A DNA stretch of 33,711 bases from Chiloscyllium plagiosum (taxonomy: Eukaryota): contig NC_057718.1 in NCBI RefSeq assembly GCF_004010195.1, positions 53,880,720 through 53,914,430 of the forward strand, given 5' to 3'. Made by a program: the position numbers and the translations under genes. Shown here one piece after another: positions 10,821 to 22,180 of the stretch; position 1 is the stretch's first letter, and each line of letters starts with the position of its first letter. A model generated the notes under the pieces. It was not told where the DNA came from. It ran no database searches and saw only the letters and a list, made by a program, of their open reading frames with translations.

Positions 10821-11914
10821 GATCAAGATCTCTGTCTTAATTTTGCTTTGTGTTTCTTCTGTTTTCCCTTCCTCATTTAAATTTTGCTTTTTTCACCATA
10901 CAGTCAAATGTCAAGCTTTCTGTTATTCAAACCTCTTTTATTTCTTTATCTCTGGCCTTGCCAAATTCTTTTATCACTTATGTTGTATGCTGCAGACCAG
11001 CCCACTGCACTCATGATAATGGTTCTTGCATCCATCCTCTTTAGATATAGTCATCTACAGAACTTGCTTGGTTGAGTGTGGCAGAGGAAAACCACTTCCT
11101 GGTCTAAAGAGAAGGGTCTCTTGTGGCTTTCAAGACATAGATCTGAATCTTCCAACTACTGCATGATGACAGCAAAGGCAAATCAGTTGGGAAAATTTGA
11201 CAAAATTGAAAAAAAATTTGATTTTCAATGTCAAGAAAGAAAGGTCCATTTTGCAATGTCTTTTGAACATGAATCTTACTAGTGAACTTTGAGATGTCTA
11301 TGTAATGCTTTAATGTGTTATCAATCTAATCACACCCTGTTGGTATGCAGTTTCCTGTACCCCCATGCACTGGAGAGAAACTAGATGGTGACAGTTCCTG
11401 ACATGGAAGTCAGAGTGGGTACCTAGAAACTCCAGCTTGCTGCTTGTACCTCCAGGCTTCCATCATGGACAACAGTGCCTGACATCTCAGGTTAAGTTTC
11501 ATGTATGGCAACCAGCTATGCCCCTTGTTCACAGTGATTAGCATAGGATAGTCACCATCTCATCACATCCTCATGGCATATCCTCATGGCATCATGCTAC
11601 ATCAGTGTTACATCCTCAGCATGTGGTAGCAGCTTACTGCATGTGCTCCAACCAAATGTCCCAATGTTGAAGTGAAATAGTCAGAGAGGACTCTTGTCAG
11701 TCCACAGTTAGTCAAGGGCAGTGTCCAATCCCTTAGTCCAGGTGTTTGACACAGTGAGTTTGATACTTAGGCAGTCAGGATCAGGGTTCTGGATCATTAA
11801 ATTTAGAAGAGTGGGACACAGTCAGTCCCGCAGTGAAACCCACCCAAGGATTTTGATGTTAGTCATGGAGCTGTACTAAAATCAGTCAGGCCCCCAAGTC
11901 ACTGATCAATCAGG

Positions 11915-12137
11915 GCGTCTATCTATTGCCTTCCCAGCTATCTTCCCCCAACCCCCACCCCCAACCCCACTCTCTATTTATCTCTCAGCCCCATTTCCCC
12001 TCCATATTCCTGATGAAGGGCACATGCCGGAAGCGTTGATTCTCCTGCTCCTCGGATATGCCTGAACTGCTGTGCTTTTCCAGTGCCACACATTTTGACT
12101 CTGACTCTCCAGCATCTGCAGTCCTCACTTTCTCCTA
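11915..12137 (+). mobile_element. Penelope-like terminal repeat (pLTR) with degenerate hammerhead
   Basis: TTCCTGATGAAGGGCACATGCCGGAAGCGTTGA...GCTGTGCTTTTCCAG...GCATCTGCAGTCCTCACTTTCTCC; same family as the copies at 19013-20370. Confidence 0.85.
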
Positions 12138-12399
12138 GTCACAGAACTAGTCATGTTAAATATTAAAACTTCCATGACTATGTTTGTTAACTATGAATAA
12201 TTTACACAGACCCATTTATGATATTGCTGAGGAAACCGAACATAAGCTATAACAAAATATTAGCAATGATAGAAAATCAATTTATAATTGAGAGAGCTTG
12301 AAACTATCCCATAAAAGAACAGCTAATATTTAATTTTAGATTTTGTACAAACTGTACAATATTTTTCATGGAAGTATAATTGTATACATGTCGATTTTG

Positions 12400-14067
12400 G
12401 GACTGAATCTAACTCTAAAATGAAGTCAGTCCTGTTTGAGTAATCATTCATTGGAATAACATCACCAATGACAAAGATCCATACTGAGGTATTCTGTGAC
12501 TGCCCTTCTTGGAGTCTTCATGTCTCACTGTATGGAGGATGTGGATGTTGACTGACCACATTACCAACAATCTGTTTCATTTCTGATGTTCCCCATAGAG
12601 ATTCATTGGAACCATGTCCAATGGATCCAGGCTCAGCAGGGGTCATTGTCACGCTTGCTGTATGTATTGCTGCAAAGGCACACAGAGGAATGCAAGAGGA
12701 ACAGATGTACCAAGAAGCCACAGACCAGCAGCAACTTCCAGCATTGTCAAACATGAAGAAGTCAAAGCTGAAGGATCCCTCAGGATGGCAAGGAGATGGA
12801 GGAGGGCCAGAGTCTGTCATCCACAATGTCATTTCATCCACATGACTGAGGTTCAATGCCACCGTAGACCGAGGAGGTCCAAGGACACTGTCACAAAACT
12901 ATGCCATCTGCTGGAGTTGGGATTTATGAATTGAAGGGCTATCCAGACTGCCGGCAGTGTTGAAGCTTTCTGCCACTGGCTGCTTCCAGGGATCCATGGG
13001 CATCTCTGTAGGATCCCACCAATACGTTGAGGCTGTTACTGGTGCAGTTTGTACCAGATCCCACTGCTTCAGCTCATTTCCCCAAAGCCGTGACGGTGCT
13101 GCAGCCCGGCAGTAGGTTTTGCCTCCTGAGGATGAAGTTCTGATGCTGCAATGGTCTGAACGATGGAGAATTTGCAGTACAGTCCAGCCAGAATATGCTG
13201 AATAGCTAGAGCATGCTGGGCTGTGCACAACTGGGATGTGCAAACAGGTGAATTAATGGATGCTGGAGGGTACGGAGAGTGACAGCTCCCTACTTACAAG
13301 GAGCTACTTCGAAGGAACATCATCTTCTGCGTGACAGAACGCTGCAGCATTGAGCACAATGAGCCAGACAGGACTTAATTTGCAGCTTCTTCCAATTCAT
13401 CAGAGCTGGTGCAGTGATCACTTATTGACTGTCAATTTGTTGCTGCTCAAAAAGCAAGCAGTCTCTGTATACTCCTAGCAGCAAATTCAGCATTTCTTTG
13501 CTTGTTCTTTCTTCATGTTTGTAGTTGATGAATAAAAGCAAACATTTTCAATCATTTGAAGGCTTTCCATTATATGATGTTTGCAAGTTGAAGGATGGAA
13601 AGACATTTGGCAGCACCAGACAAGAGGCCAAATGCTAAGATGGGGGATGAGCTTCTAAGATGGGGTAACACAAAGGAAGGGTAAACTGTGTAGCTTGTTT
13701 CTTAAATAGCAATACATTTATGAAAGTGCACTTATTTCACAATGAAATATCAACCTAGCCACCGATGTGCCCTCAGAAGCGTTTATATTTAATTCCTTCC
13801 CATTATGTGGACTGTGAGGACAGATCCTGGCTGACAGTGCGTGACCAGTGCTTCAAATATTGTGCTTGACTTCAAGGATCCCAGAAAGTTCCAACAGTGG
13901 CAAGTATTTCCGTCACTGTTAAGTGGATGATACCATGAGCATGGTGTCATAGTAACATGAAGCATCATTAATGAGGCAAGCTACAGAGAACAGAGTAAGA
14001 AAACTTGCCAGAGCTCATGGAATTTGCCAATATTGACACTCAGTCAATCCCTGATAAGGTTTAGCCC
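12400..14067 (+). mobile_element. Harbinger (PIF/HARBI1-like) DNA transposon remnant with internally deleted transposase (~12606-13420)
   Basis: RVCHPQCHFIHMTEVQCHRRPRRSKDTVTKLCHLL (N-terminal HTH region), FSATGCFQG, LRMKF*C, LQYSPARIC*IARACWAVHNW (cf. LQYSP..V..I...CCALHN). Tentative imperfect TIRs GGACTGAATCT (12400) and AGGTTTAGCCC (14057-14067). Confidence 0.7.
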
Positions 14068-14068
14068 A

Positions 14069-14145
14069 TGAACTCTATTTCTCTCCATAGGTGTTGCCAT
14101 TTCTGCTGAGTATCACTAGCATTTCCTGTTTTTGGTTTTGGTTTT
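14069..14145 (+). mobile_element. Old Penelope-type pLTR tail fragment
   Basis: aactctatttctctccataggtgttgcc...ctgctgagtatcactagcatttcctgttttt resembles the GATGCTGCC.GACCTGCTG...TCCAGCA tail of the other pLTRs. Confidence 0.5.
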
Positions 14146-14786
14146 GTTACCTACTCTCTTTACCTGACTTGAGCTATGTGTGACTCCAGTTCTGTAACAA
14201 TGTGGTTGGCACTTCACTTTGGCCTGAAGGAAAAGAACACACGTGTATTTATACCAGTTGCTGTCATCCTATTTTGTTGTATCATACAGCCTATTTTTTG
14301 TTCTGATTTTATTATGAGGCCATACCATAAATTAGCACCTAGCTAAAATAGAATTCTTTCTCTGCAAAATTGTAAGATTTTTTTCTCAGGTAAATATATA
14401 TTTTCCAGAATATAATCAAATACCTTATCATAAAATGCAGATGGAAGATATGCCAAAACAGATTAAAAGATTCTAATATGAAAAATATAAAGAGCTTTCT
14501 CAGATCAGTGATTCATTCATTTGAAAGAATAAACTGGCAAGGGATTTGAATGACTTCGCCTGCTGAGTGTGACAGCTTGCTTTTGACAGCAAAACTGCTT
14601 GGTGCAATTTCGAGCTGAAAATTCAAAGATGTTTAGAGACCAAACCTAGACTTCTAACTCTCTTCAAACATTAATAACTCAGTTTAAGGTGGCTGCTGTG
14701 ATGCTTTAGTCATTACATCATTGAAAATTATTTTGCACTTTTCAATTTTCTACATCAACATGTTCCTGTTCTGAAAAACTTAATGC

Positions 14787-14981
14787 ATAGAGTCATACAG
14801 ATGTATAGCACAGAAAGAGAACCATCAATCCAACTCATCTATGGTGACCGGATATTCAAAATTAACCTCGTCCCATTTGCCAGCATTTGGTCCATATCCC
14901 TCTAAACCCTTCCAATTCATATACCCATCCAGATGCCTTATAAATTTTGTAGTTGTACCAGCCCCCATCACCTCCTCTGGC
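14787..14981 (-). mobile_element. CR1 LINE 3' end
   Basis: Reverse complement matches 33560-33711 and 23604-23730; ends in a CTGTATGACTCTATG tail. Confidence 0.88.
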
Positions 14982-15086
14982 CCCTTAATAGTGCCAAATG
15001 TTCTTCAGTACCTTCAGGACATTATTCATGGGTAAACCTTGAAAATGGATTTTGGTAGGATTTATAATTTTGCAGGTTATCTTGCC

Positions 15087-15740
15087 TTCAACAACAATGA
15101 CTTGTACTTGTGGAATGCCTTCAATTTGAAAAGATTCCAAGGAGAACCAAGATAAAAGTTGAGAAAATGGATTAAAGAAGCAGACATTGAGCCCTGGAAG
15201 AGGCCTTGGGAAATATGTCAAAGCATTTGGTGAAAAACCTGAATGTTTAGAAGATTTCTTAAGACAGAAAAGAGTTTTAAAGATGGAGTTATAGTGCTGA
15301 AGATCAGCTGTTAGTGTTGAACTAGAGGGTTGTGATGAGCAGGAGTCTAGAACAGTGGTGGACCAACATTACAAATGGTGCAAGATGGGATGTAAATTGG
15401 AGAGCTGGGCAAGCTGAGCCCCTTAAATTCATTGTGATGGGTTTAGGCAGCGAATGGCAGGCAAGTGACCTAAGGAAGTAATAGTCAAATTTTGTACCAG
15501 TTTGAATTCATGAACAGCTCAGATTGAGGGTCCAGCAAAAAGGACTTTGGAGGAATTGTGAAGTTGCAGCACTAATAGGAATGCAATAAAGGCAAAGCTA
15601 AGCAATGCTTTGGAGGTGAATAAATTATATCTATGTATTCGTGTAATAGGGAATTTGAAGCTCAGCTCAAGATCAAATGGAACAGATTTTATACAGTATG
15701 GTACAACCTCAGTGAACGGTGGAGAAGAGGAAGTCCAGTG
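15087..15740 (-). mobile_element. Old L2-clade LINE 3' remnant
   Basis: acaacaatgacttgtacttgtggaatgccttcaat resembles the reverse complement of L2-type 3' tails; followed by purine-rich decayed ORF sequence. Confidence 0.45.
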
Positions 15741-15939
15741 AATTTGATCACACACTACTTAGCAAGAGTTAAGATAAAAATTGAGAAAGGTATGAATAAG
15801 ACAAATTATTGAAAAAAAAAGTTATTTTAAGCTGATAAGATACATTGAGAGAAAACAGACTGGAAACATCTATTGTCTAACAAAATAATAGAACTGTAGC
15901 AAAAGTAATTTAAAATAGAGTATAGGAAAAGAACATATA

Positions 15940-16500
15940 TAACATTAAAAATAAGAACAAGATAGCCAATAATGATGTACCACAGATAAATAGAGAAACG
16001 AAGGCAGCGTTGAAACTAAGTACATTAGCAATATGGGGAATTTTAAAAGGAATTGCAAAAAAGGTTATAAAACATTTTTTTACAAATAGGAAAGAAGAAT
16101 TGCACAATTAAATTATCAGGGAATTTAAAACTAAATAAAGTATTGTCCAGACACATAAATAACAAGGCCTATGAGAATAAGAATAGGGCCATGGAATGAG
16201 AGACAAAATAAACTCACAGGCACAACACAAAGACTGTGAAGCTGTTAAATCACCACTTTGTCTTGATCGCTACCAGTAAGATTAACATAATACCATGGAG
16301 AAGAGATTAACAAAGATATTGAGATAGAAAGTTAAAAAAAAGTTGATGAAAAAAATTAGAATGAGATATTTGGCGTGGATGTCAATTTATTGGAATTCTG
16401 CCAGAGGTGTGTTGGTCCTCTATTTAAAATCAGAATCAGAACAAGTCCAGGAAACAAGAGACCAATTAAATTAAGGTCAATGGTGGGAGAGAGAATGAAA
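15940..16500 (+). mobile_element. Highly decayed CR1 ORF2 fragment
   Basis: cctctatttaaa...ccaggaaacaagagaccaattaaattaaggtcaatggtggga corresponds to PLFK...PGNYRPISLTSVVG. Confidence 0.55.
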
Positions 16501-17642
16501 TTCTAGTCCTGTCTTGAATGTGTTGTCAGAGACCTGTTTCACTTAGTGCTGGGAAATGGCACTTGCACCTCAACAGTATCGACTGACTAAACTGTTACAT
16601 TGACTCACTAAGAAAGGAGGTCATTGCAAGGTTAATAAACATAAAAGCATGACTTACTTTCAATTTTATAATGGCAACATACTATGTTTACTAAACAGAG
16701 CTGTAATTCTATGTAAAATAGCTGAGGTTGGGCATTTTATAAATACTTATTTAATATCAAGTGAGATACTTAAGATGTTAAGCCAACCTTCTATGGAAAA
16801 GACAGAACGTAATTTGATATGGAACATAACAAGGCAATTGAGTTTGGCAAGTCAGTGGATCTGCAATTTATCGAATCAGGACATTATTGCACCTCTAAAT
16901 AGAAGCCAAATTTTCTCATCAGTATATTGGGAAAAAAGTAATAACGACATTGGGTGATAAAATATGGATTGACAAAAAATCAAATTGTCTTCAAGTCACA
17001 TTGACAACTTGCTTTGTAAGTTAACTTTAGTTATTGGACACTCAAACCAGTCTAGAAATTGGCCTTGGTATATATGAGTTAAATTCTATGATGAAGTACT
17101 CTGAAGTAGGGAATTACTTACGAGCAACCAAAACAAATCCCCACCAAATATTTGATCCATTCATGTTCCAAAGAAATTAAGCTTTTTTTCAACACTTCAC
17201 AATCTAATCTTCCTGGCAGATAGTTTAATACAACTAGTTTTTTTTAATGGGTGAAAACAGTAAATGTACTAATCCTGGTAAGTTAAGAAAATGGAAAGAG
17301 GTTTGTTAAAAAGTACTTAGGCTGCTGATGCACTGATTCTTAAGGATATGGTATTCTACATGTCAGATATTTCAGTGAGATCCTGTACCTGGGGCATACT
17401 ATAGATGACTTGAATGCCGATTGAATGTTATTGGATATTCATTTGTTGTGGGTTAATGCACTCTATGCAAACTGTGAGTGAAGAGTTTACAAAGTGATCC
17501 TCCTGAAACACATGATTGAGAGAAAGGAAACTGTAAAAATTAAATAACTGAATGTGAGTCATCATCTGATTGATTGCTTTGCAAAATGAATATTAGTGAA
17601 GGGAATGTAGTGGATGTGAATAATTCGTTCTGAGTCATTTTC

Positions 17643-17930
17643 TGGGAAGGTGATGGCTGAGTGGAATTATTGGTACATTAGCAATCCAGAGACCCGTAAT
17701 GGTCTGCCACCCAGCTTTGAATCCTGTCATGGCAGGTGGTTAAATTTGAAACTGCTGTTTGGTGTCTGGTTCCTTCAGGGAGGAAAACTGCCATATTTCC
17801 TGGTGTGGCCTATATGTTATTCCAGACCCTCCACTATGTGGTTCACTCTTAACTGCCTTCCAGGCAATAGGGATGAGCAATAAATGCTGGCCTAGCCAAT
17901 GATGTCCATATCCTGTGAATGAGTGAAAAA
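17643..17930 (+). mobile_element. tRNA-related shark SINE (non-HE1) with LINE-type tail GCAATAAATGCTGGCC...TGAATGA(A)n
   Basis: Pol III-like head (GGTGATGGCTGAGTGG...TTTGAATCC); homologous to 30128-30455 (minus) and 19958-20030. Confidence 0.75.
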
Positions 17931-18594
17931 AGGATTGTCTATATTAATTCTATTTTTTACTCAGAGAGAAGGGAATCTGTTAATTATATATTAAGATATT
18001 TAATATTATGCAAATAGTAGACTTTGACTGGGGAATAATTTGACCTCCCCCCCCCTATAAAAATAGACAGTTGAAAATTGTGGTCATTGTGTGAAGGAAT
18101 CTGTGTGATATGACCACAATGAAGGTTTTATGAGTAAAGTACTTATGTTTCTATGTAAAAAAAACTTGCAAAAGTTTTAAAAGCGTCTTTTTTGAAATAA
18201 TAGCAGGGCAAAAAGAGTTCACTAATAAAAGTTTAGGACCAAAATTAGTATGGATTCACCAATGAGAGAAAAACACGCAGAAAATATGCTACAATGTATT
18301 TTTTTAAACTTATATTGACATGAAAGACAGCACAATGCAGGAATTTATGACTAAACTGTGTGCACAAAGAAAATGCTAAAATTTAGAGTTATATTCTAAC
18401 CTTACAAAACAAAACTCACTCTCACTAAGGAAAGACTTGACCAAGCATGATTATTCAGCAATATTTACCTTCTGGGATATGTGAGGCACAGGTAACAAGG
18501 CATTTGGCATTCCATTACATTTCTTAAAATTACAGGAATTTGAAGGGATCAAAACCAAATTAGGTTATTAAGAGGAGACATCTCATTACACATT

Positions 18595-19003
18595 AGGAAT
18601 ATTCCTCTGAATTCTGGTCTCCTTCCTAGAGAAAGGATGTTGTCAAGCTTGAAAAAGTTCAGAAAATATTTACAAGAATATTGCCAGAGTCGGAGGGTTA
18701 GAGCTAGAGGAAGAAACTGATTAGACTGAGGGTATTTTCCCTCGAGTATTGGAGACTGAGGGATGACCTTATAAAAGGTTGTAAAATCATGAAGTGCACA
18801 TTTAGGCTGAATAGCCAAGGTCTTTCCCTAGACATAGTGGAGTCCAAAACTAGAGCGCATAGGTTTAAGGTAAGAGTGGAAAGATTTAAAAGGGACCTAA
18901 GGGCAACATTTTCACACAGACGGTGATGCATGTATTGAATGACCTGCCAGAGGAAGTGGTGAAGGTTGGTACAATTACAACATTTAAAAGGCATCCAGAT
19001 GGA
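18595..19003 (+). mobile_element. CR1 ORF2 C-terminal fragment, cut at the 3' side by a Penelope fold-back element
   Basis: FWSPS*RKDVVKLEKVQK.FTR.LP and NDLPEEVVKVGTITTFKRH; 3' UTR missing. Confidence 0.88.
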
Positions 19004-19012
19004 AATAAGAAT

Positions 19013-19277
19013 AGTCAAAAGGTGTGGCACTGGAAAAGCAAAGCAGGTCAGGCAGCATCCGAGGACCAGGAGAGTAAACCTTTCTGGCATAAGCCCTTCA
19101 TCAGGAATGTGGAGGAAGATGGGGGCTGAGATGGGGGTGGAGGACAGGCAATGAAGGGCTTATGCCTGAAACGATGACTCTCCTGCTCCTTGGATGCTGT
19201 CTGACCAGCTGTGCTTTTCCAGCATCACTCTTTTTGACCCCTACTCTCCAGCATCTGTAGTCCTCACTTTTTTCTAG
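19013..19277. mobile_element. Inverted pair of Penelope-like pLTRs (fold-back mini-element 1)
   Basis: 19013-19101 is approximately the reverse complement of 19151-19240; ~50-nt G-rich loop; the plus arm extends to the pLTR end GTCCTCACTTTTTTCT. Confidence 0.88.
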
Positions 19278-19645
19278 TTGCTGCTTTTCAACTGAAGCCT
19301 GGATATTGTCCAGACATTTCTGCATTTATATATGGACTGCTTCAGTATCTGAGGAGACATGAACAGTGTTGAACATTGTGCAATCTGAAGAACTTCTGCA
19401 GAAGTGTTCTGAAGCTGAGATGACTGATTTCCAACAATCACAACCAATTTCCTGTGTGCCAGGTATGATTCCAATCAGTGGAGAATTTTCCCCTGATTCC
19501 CATTGTTTCCCATTTTGTTAAGGGATCCTGAACGCCCCATTCAATCAAATGGGATCTTGATGTCAAGGGCAGTCACTCTCACCTCACCTCTGTCATTCAG
19601 CATTTCTGTCTATATTTGAACCAAGGCTTTAATAAGGTCAGGCTG
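19278..19645 (-). mobile_element. LINE (CR1/L2 clade, second family) RT fragment
   Basis: Minus strand reads VRVTALDIK and LESYLAHRKLVVIVGNQSSQ, followed by decayed RT sequence. Confidence 0.8.
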
Positions 19646-19662
19646 CGATAAAAGAACATTGG

Positions 19663-19945
19663 AAGAAAGTGAGAACTGCAGATGCTGGAATCAGAGTGGA
19701 AAGTGAGGTGCTGGAAAAGCGCAGCAGGTCAGGCAGCATCCGAGGAGCAAGAGAATTGACATTTCGGGCATAAGTCCTTCATCAGGAATGAGCACTGACC
19801 TATGTGGGGATGCGAGCATTGATCAGACCAAAACCAATCCAAGCTTGCCAAAGGTCATTCTTGATGAAGGGCTTATGCTGGAAACATTGATCCTCCTGCT
19901 CCTCTGATGCTGCCTGACCTGCTGTGCTTTTCCAGCACCACACTC
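19663..19945. mobile_element. Inverted pair of Penelope-like pLTRs (fold-back mini-element 2) with 15-bp TSD
   Basis: Arms 19702-19791 and 19855-19945 are reverse complements around a 63-nt spacer; flanked by perfect ATAAAAGAACATTGG at 19648-19662 and 19946-19960. Confidence 0.92.
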
Positions 19946-19957
19946 ATAAAAGAACAT

Positions 19958-20030
19958 TGGGCAATTAGGAATGGGCAATAAATGCTGGCCCAGCCAACAA
20001 CACCCCTATCCCATGAATGAATAAAAAAAA
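19958..20030 (+). mobile_element. SINE/LINE 3' tail
   Basis: GGGCAATTAGGAATGGGCAATAAATGCTGGCCCAGCC...CCCATGAATGAATAAAAAAAA, the same tail as 17860-17930. Confidence 0.8.
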
Positions 20031-20149
20031 GTGGTATCCTTTGGAAGGAAATATGAGAAGAGCACATGCTCCTTGGAGAGTAAGTGTCAAACTATAATGC
20101 AGAATCAGAGGGATCGGGTGTAGAGATGTACAGAAAGTAACAACATAGG

Positions 20150-20370
20150 CTTCTCAGCCCTATCTTCACCAACCTTTCCCCTAGCCCCACCCCTCTTCCT
20201 CTCATTTATCTCTCAAACCCCTTCCTCCTGCCCTGACCTGAAGAAGGGTTATGCCCGAAATGTCGACTCTCTTGCTCCTCAGATACTGGCAGACCTGCTG
20301 TGCCGTTTCCAGCGCCACGCTTTATCAATTCTGATTTCTCTAGTATCTGCAGTCCCCATTGTCTCTTACT
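20150..20370 (+). mobile_element. Penelope-like pLTR with hammerhead core
   Basis: CTGAAGAAGGGTTATGCCCGAAATGTCGAC...GACCTGCTGTGC...ATCTGCAGTCCCCA. Confidence 0.82.
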
Positions 20371-20399
20371 TAAAACTAGAAGGTTGGTTAGACTCCATT

Positions 20400-20905
20400 G
20401 AATTGTGAACAAGCCTGGTGTCCATAATGTAAGGAGTGGACATTGAGGCTCTGGAGAAAGAGCAAAAAGATTTACCAGCATTATATCAGGATTATTCCAC
20501 TCAAGATACATTGAACATGCTGGGACTTTTTTTCTCTAGAAAATAGACCTAAGTGCGACCTGACAGTGGGTCTTTAAGATTATGAAAGGGCATGATTGGA
20601 TAAGCATAGAGAAGATGTTTCCAGCTGTGGAGACAGTTTCAGAACTATGAGTCATTAGTATAAGATAGTCAAAAATAAATCTCAAAAAATTCAGGCAAAA
20701 CATCTTTAATCGGAATGGTTAGAATACAGTAACCAATATAACAACGCGTTACTGAATGAGCTCGATATATAAATGTATTTAGGAGAAATTTAAATAAGAA
20801 TGTTAGGGAGAAAGAACTGTAAGCATATGTTAATGGGGTTAAATCAAGTACAGTGAGAGAAAGCTGATGGAAAGCATAAATATCTAACCTGTATCTGTGC
20901 TATAA
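20400..20905 (+). mobile_element. Old CR1 3' region
   Basis: Decayed ALE..QKRFT, VFKIMKG.D and EKMFP motifs. Confidence 0.6.
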
Positions 20906-21277
20906 ATAGTGTATAAGGTTACATGCTATGTAGCTGAAGGTAAAAGAAAAATAAAATGTTTTTTGATTAGTGAAGGAAAGCAAGGGTCCAGAGATAACTT
21001 TCTCAAAAGAAGCTCATTGTTGAATGATCTGGAAAGAAGCAGGAATCTGTTGCTTCAGATCTTTAAAGATTTGCTTCATTTGTACATCTTGAAGTGTTCA
21101 TTGATAAGGCTAATCACATAAAATGAAAGAAACAATTGTTGTGTGAAACAATGATTAAAGATTGGAAGAATAAAATAAAATTGCATGAAAATATTCTCAT
21201 AAAAGGAAACAAATCAAGAAAGTAGGAAATTTTTATAAAGGACATATATTGAATTAGAGTGTGTAAGAGATATATGC

Positions 21278-21402
21278 TTTTTATTCATTCCAGAACTGTG
21301 AGCATCACTGGCAAGGCCAGCATTCATTACGTATTCCCAACTGTCCTTGAGAAAGTGATGGTGAATCATCTTGAACTGCTGCAATCTATGTGGTAAAGGT
21401 TA
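21278..21402 (-). mobile_element. LINE (CR1/L2 clade) 3' end
   Basis: ttttattcattcc...ggccagcatt...ccttgagaaagtgatggtg is the reverse complement of the tail type shared with the non-HE1 SINE. Confidence 0.65.
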
Positions 21403-21699
21403 TGCAAATATTTAAAGCAGTAAGACACCTTATACAGTTATGTTTTGTGAGCAGTGAGTTTGCCATGTTTTTTGGGCCACTGGGTAAATATAAGCAAAGC
21501 AAAGTACCCCAGCCTGTCCTGATTCTTAAACAATGTTGTTCATTTATGATTCTTTAAGATGGCATTAATACACCTTGATACATCAATACATTTTAATTAT
21601 GACAAAATGATGTTCAAAAATCTACATTAACATTATATTGTTCTGCAAATTTCTTCTGCACCCACTTCCAGATTTATGTTAAAAATGAAATGGCATCAA

Positions 21700-22180
21700 G
21701 GTACAGGGAGACCAGAGGTTGGCTAATGTGATGCAACTATTTAAGTATGGTGGTAAGGAAAAGATGGAACTAGAGACCAGTGAGCCTGACATCAGTGATG
21801 GGTAAGTTTGGAAAGGCAAGGACTGATTAGGGATAGTCAGCGTAACTTTGTGCATGGGAAATCATGTTTCACTAAATTGATCGAGTTTTTTAAAGGAGTA
21901 GCAAAGAGAATTGTTGAGGGCAGAATAGTGGACGTGATCTATATGGACAAAGTTCCTCCTGATAGACTGGTTAGCAAGATTACGTCACATGGAATACAGG
22001 AAGAACTAACCATGACGCTATGACTCTATAATATAGTTCTTAGGGCTAAAGGGATCAAAGGGAATCGAACAAAAGCAGGAACAGGGTATTGAGCATGATG
22101 ATGAATCATGATCGTATGGAGTAGGAGAGCAAGTTCGAAGAGCCGAATGGCCTACTCCTGTTCTTATTTTCTATATTCCT
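21700..22180 (+). mobile_element. Two adjoining CR1 fragments (RT N-half with internal deletions; a separate 3' UTR)
   Basis: LERQGLIRDSQRNFVHGKSCFTKLIEFF...VDVIYMD, then a ctatgactctat tail, then a GAATGGCCTACTCCTG-type 3' end. Confidence 0.82.

Noticed and set aside
12606..13420. Host HARBI1 gene
   Set aside because: Frameshifts, stops and loss of the central catalytic region indicate a transposon fossil.
17219..17283. Plus-strand exon ending at CTG|GTAAGT
   Set aside because: Stops in all three frames from the nearest acceptor; no other support.
19013..20370. CRISPR-like array or true DNA-transposon MITEs
   Set aside because: The repeats are long, irregular and inverted; the arms are asymmetric and match solo hammerhead-bearing Penelope-type termini.
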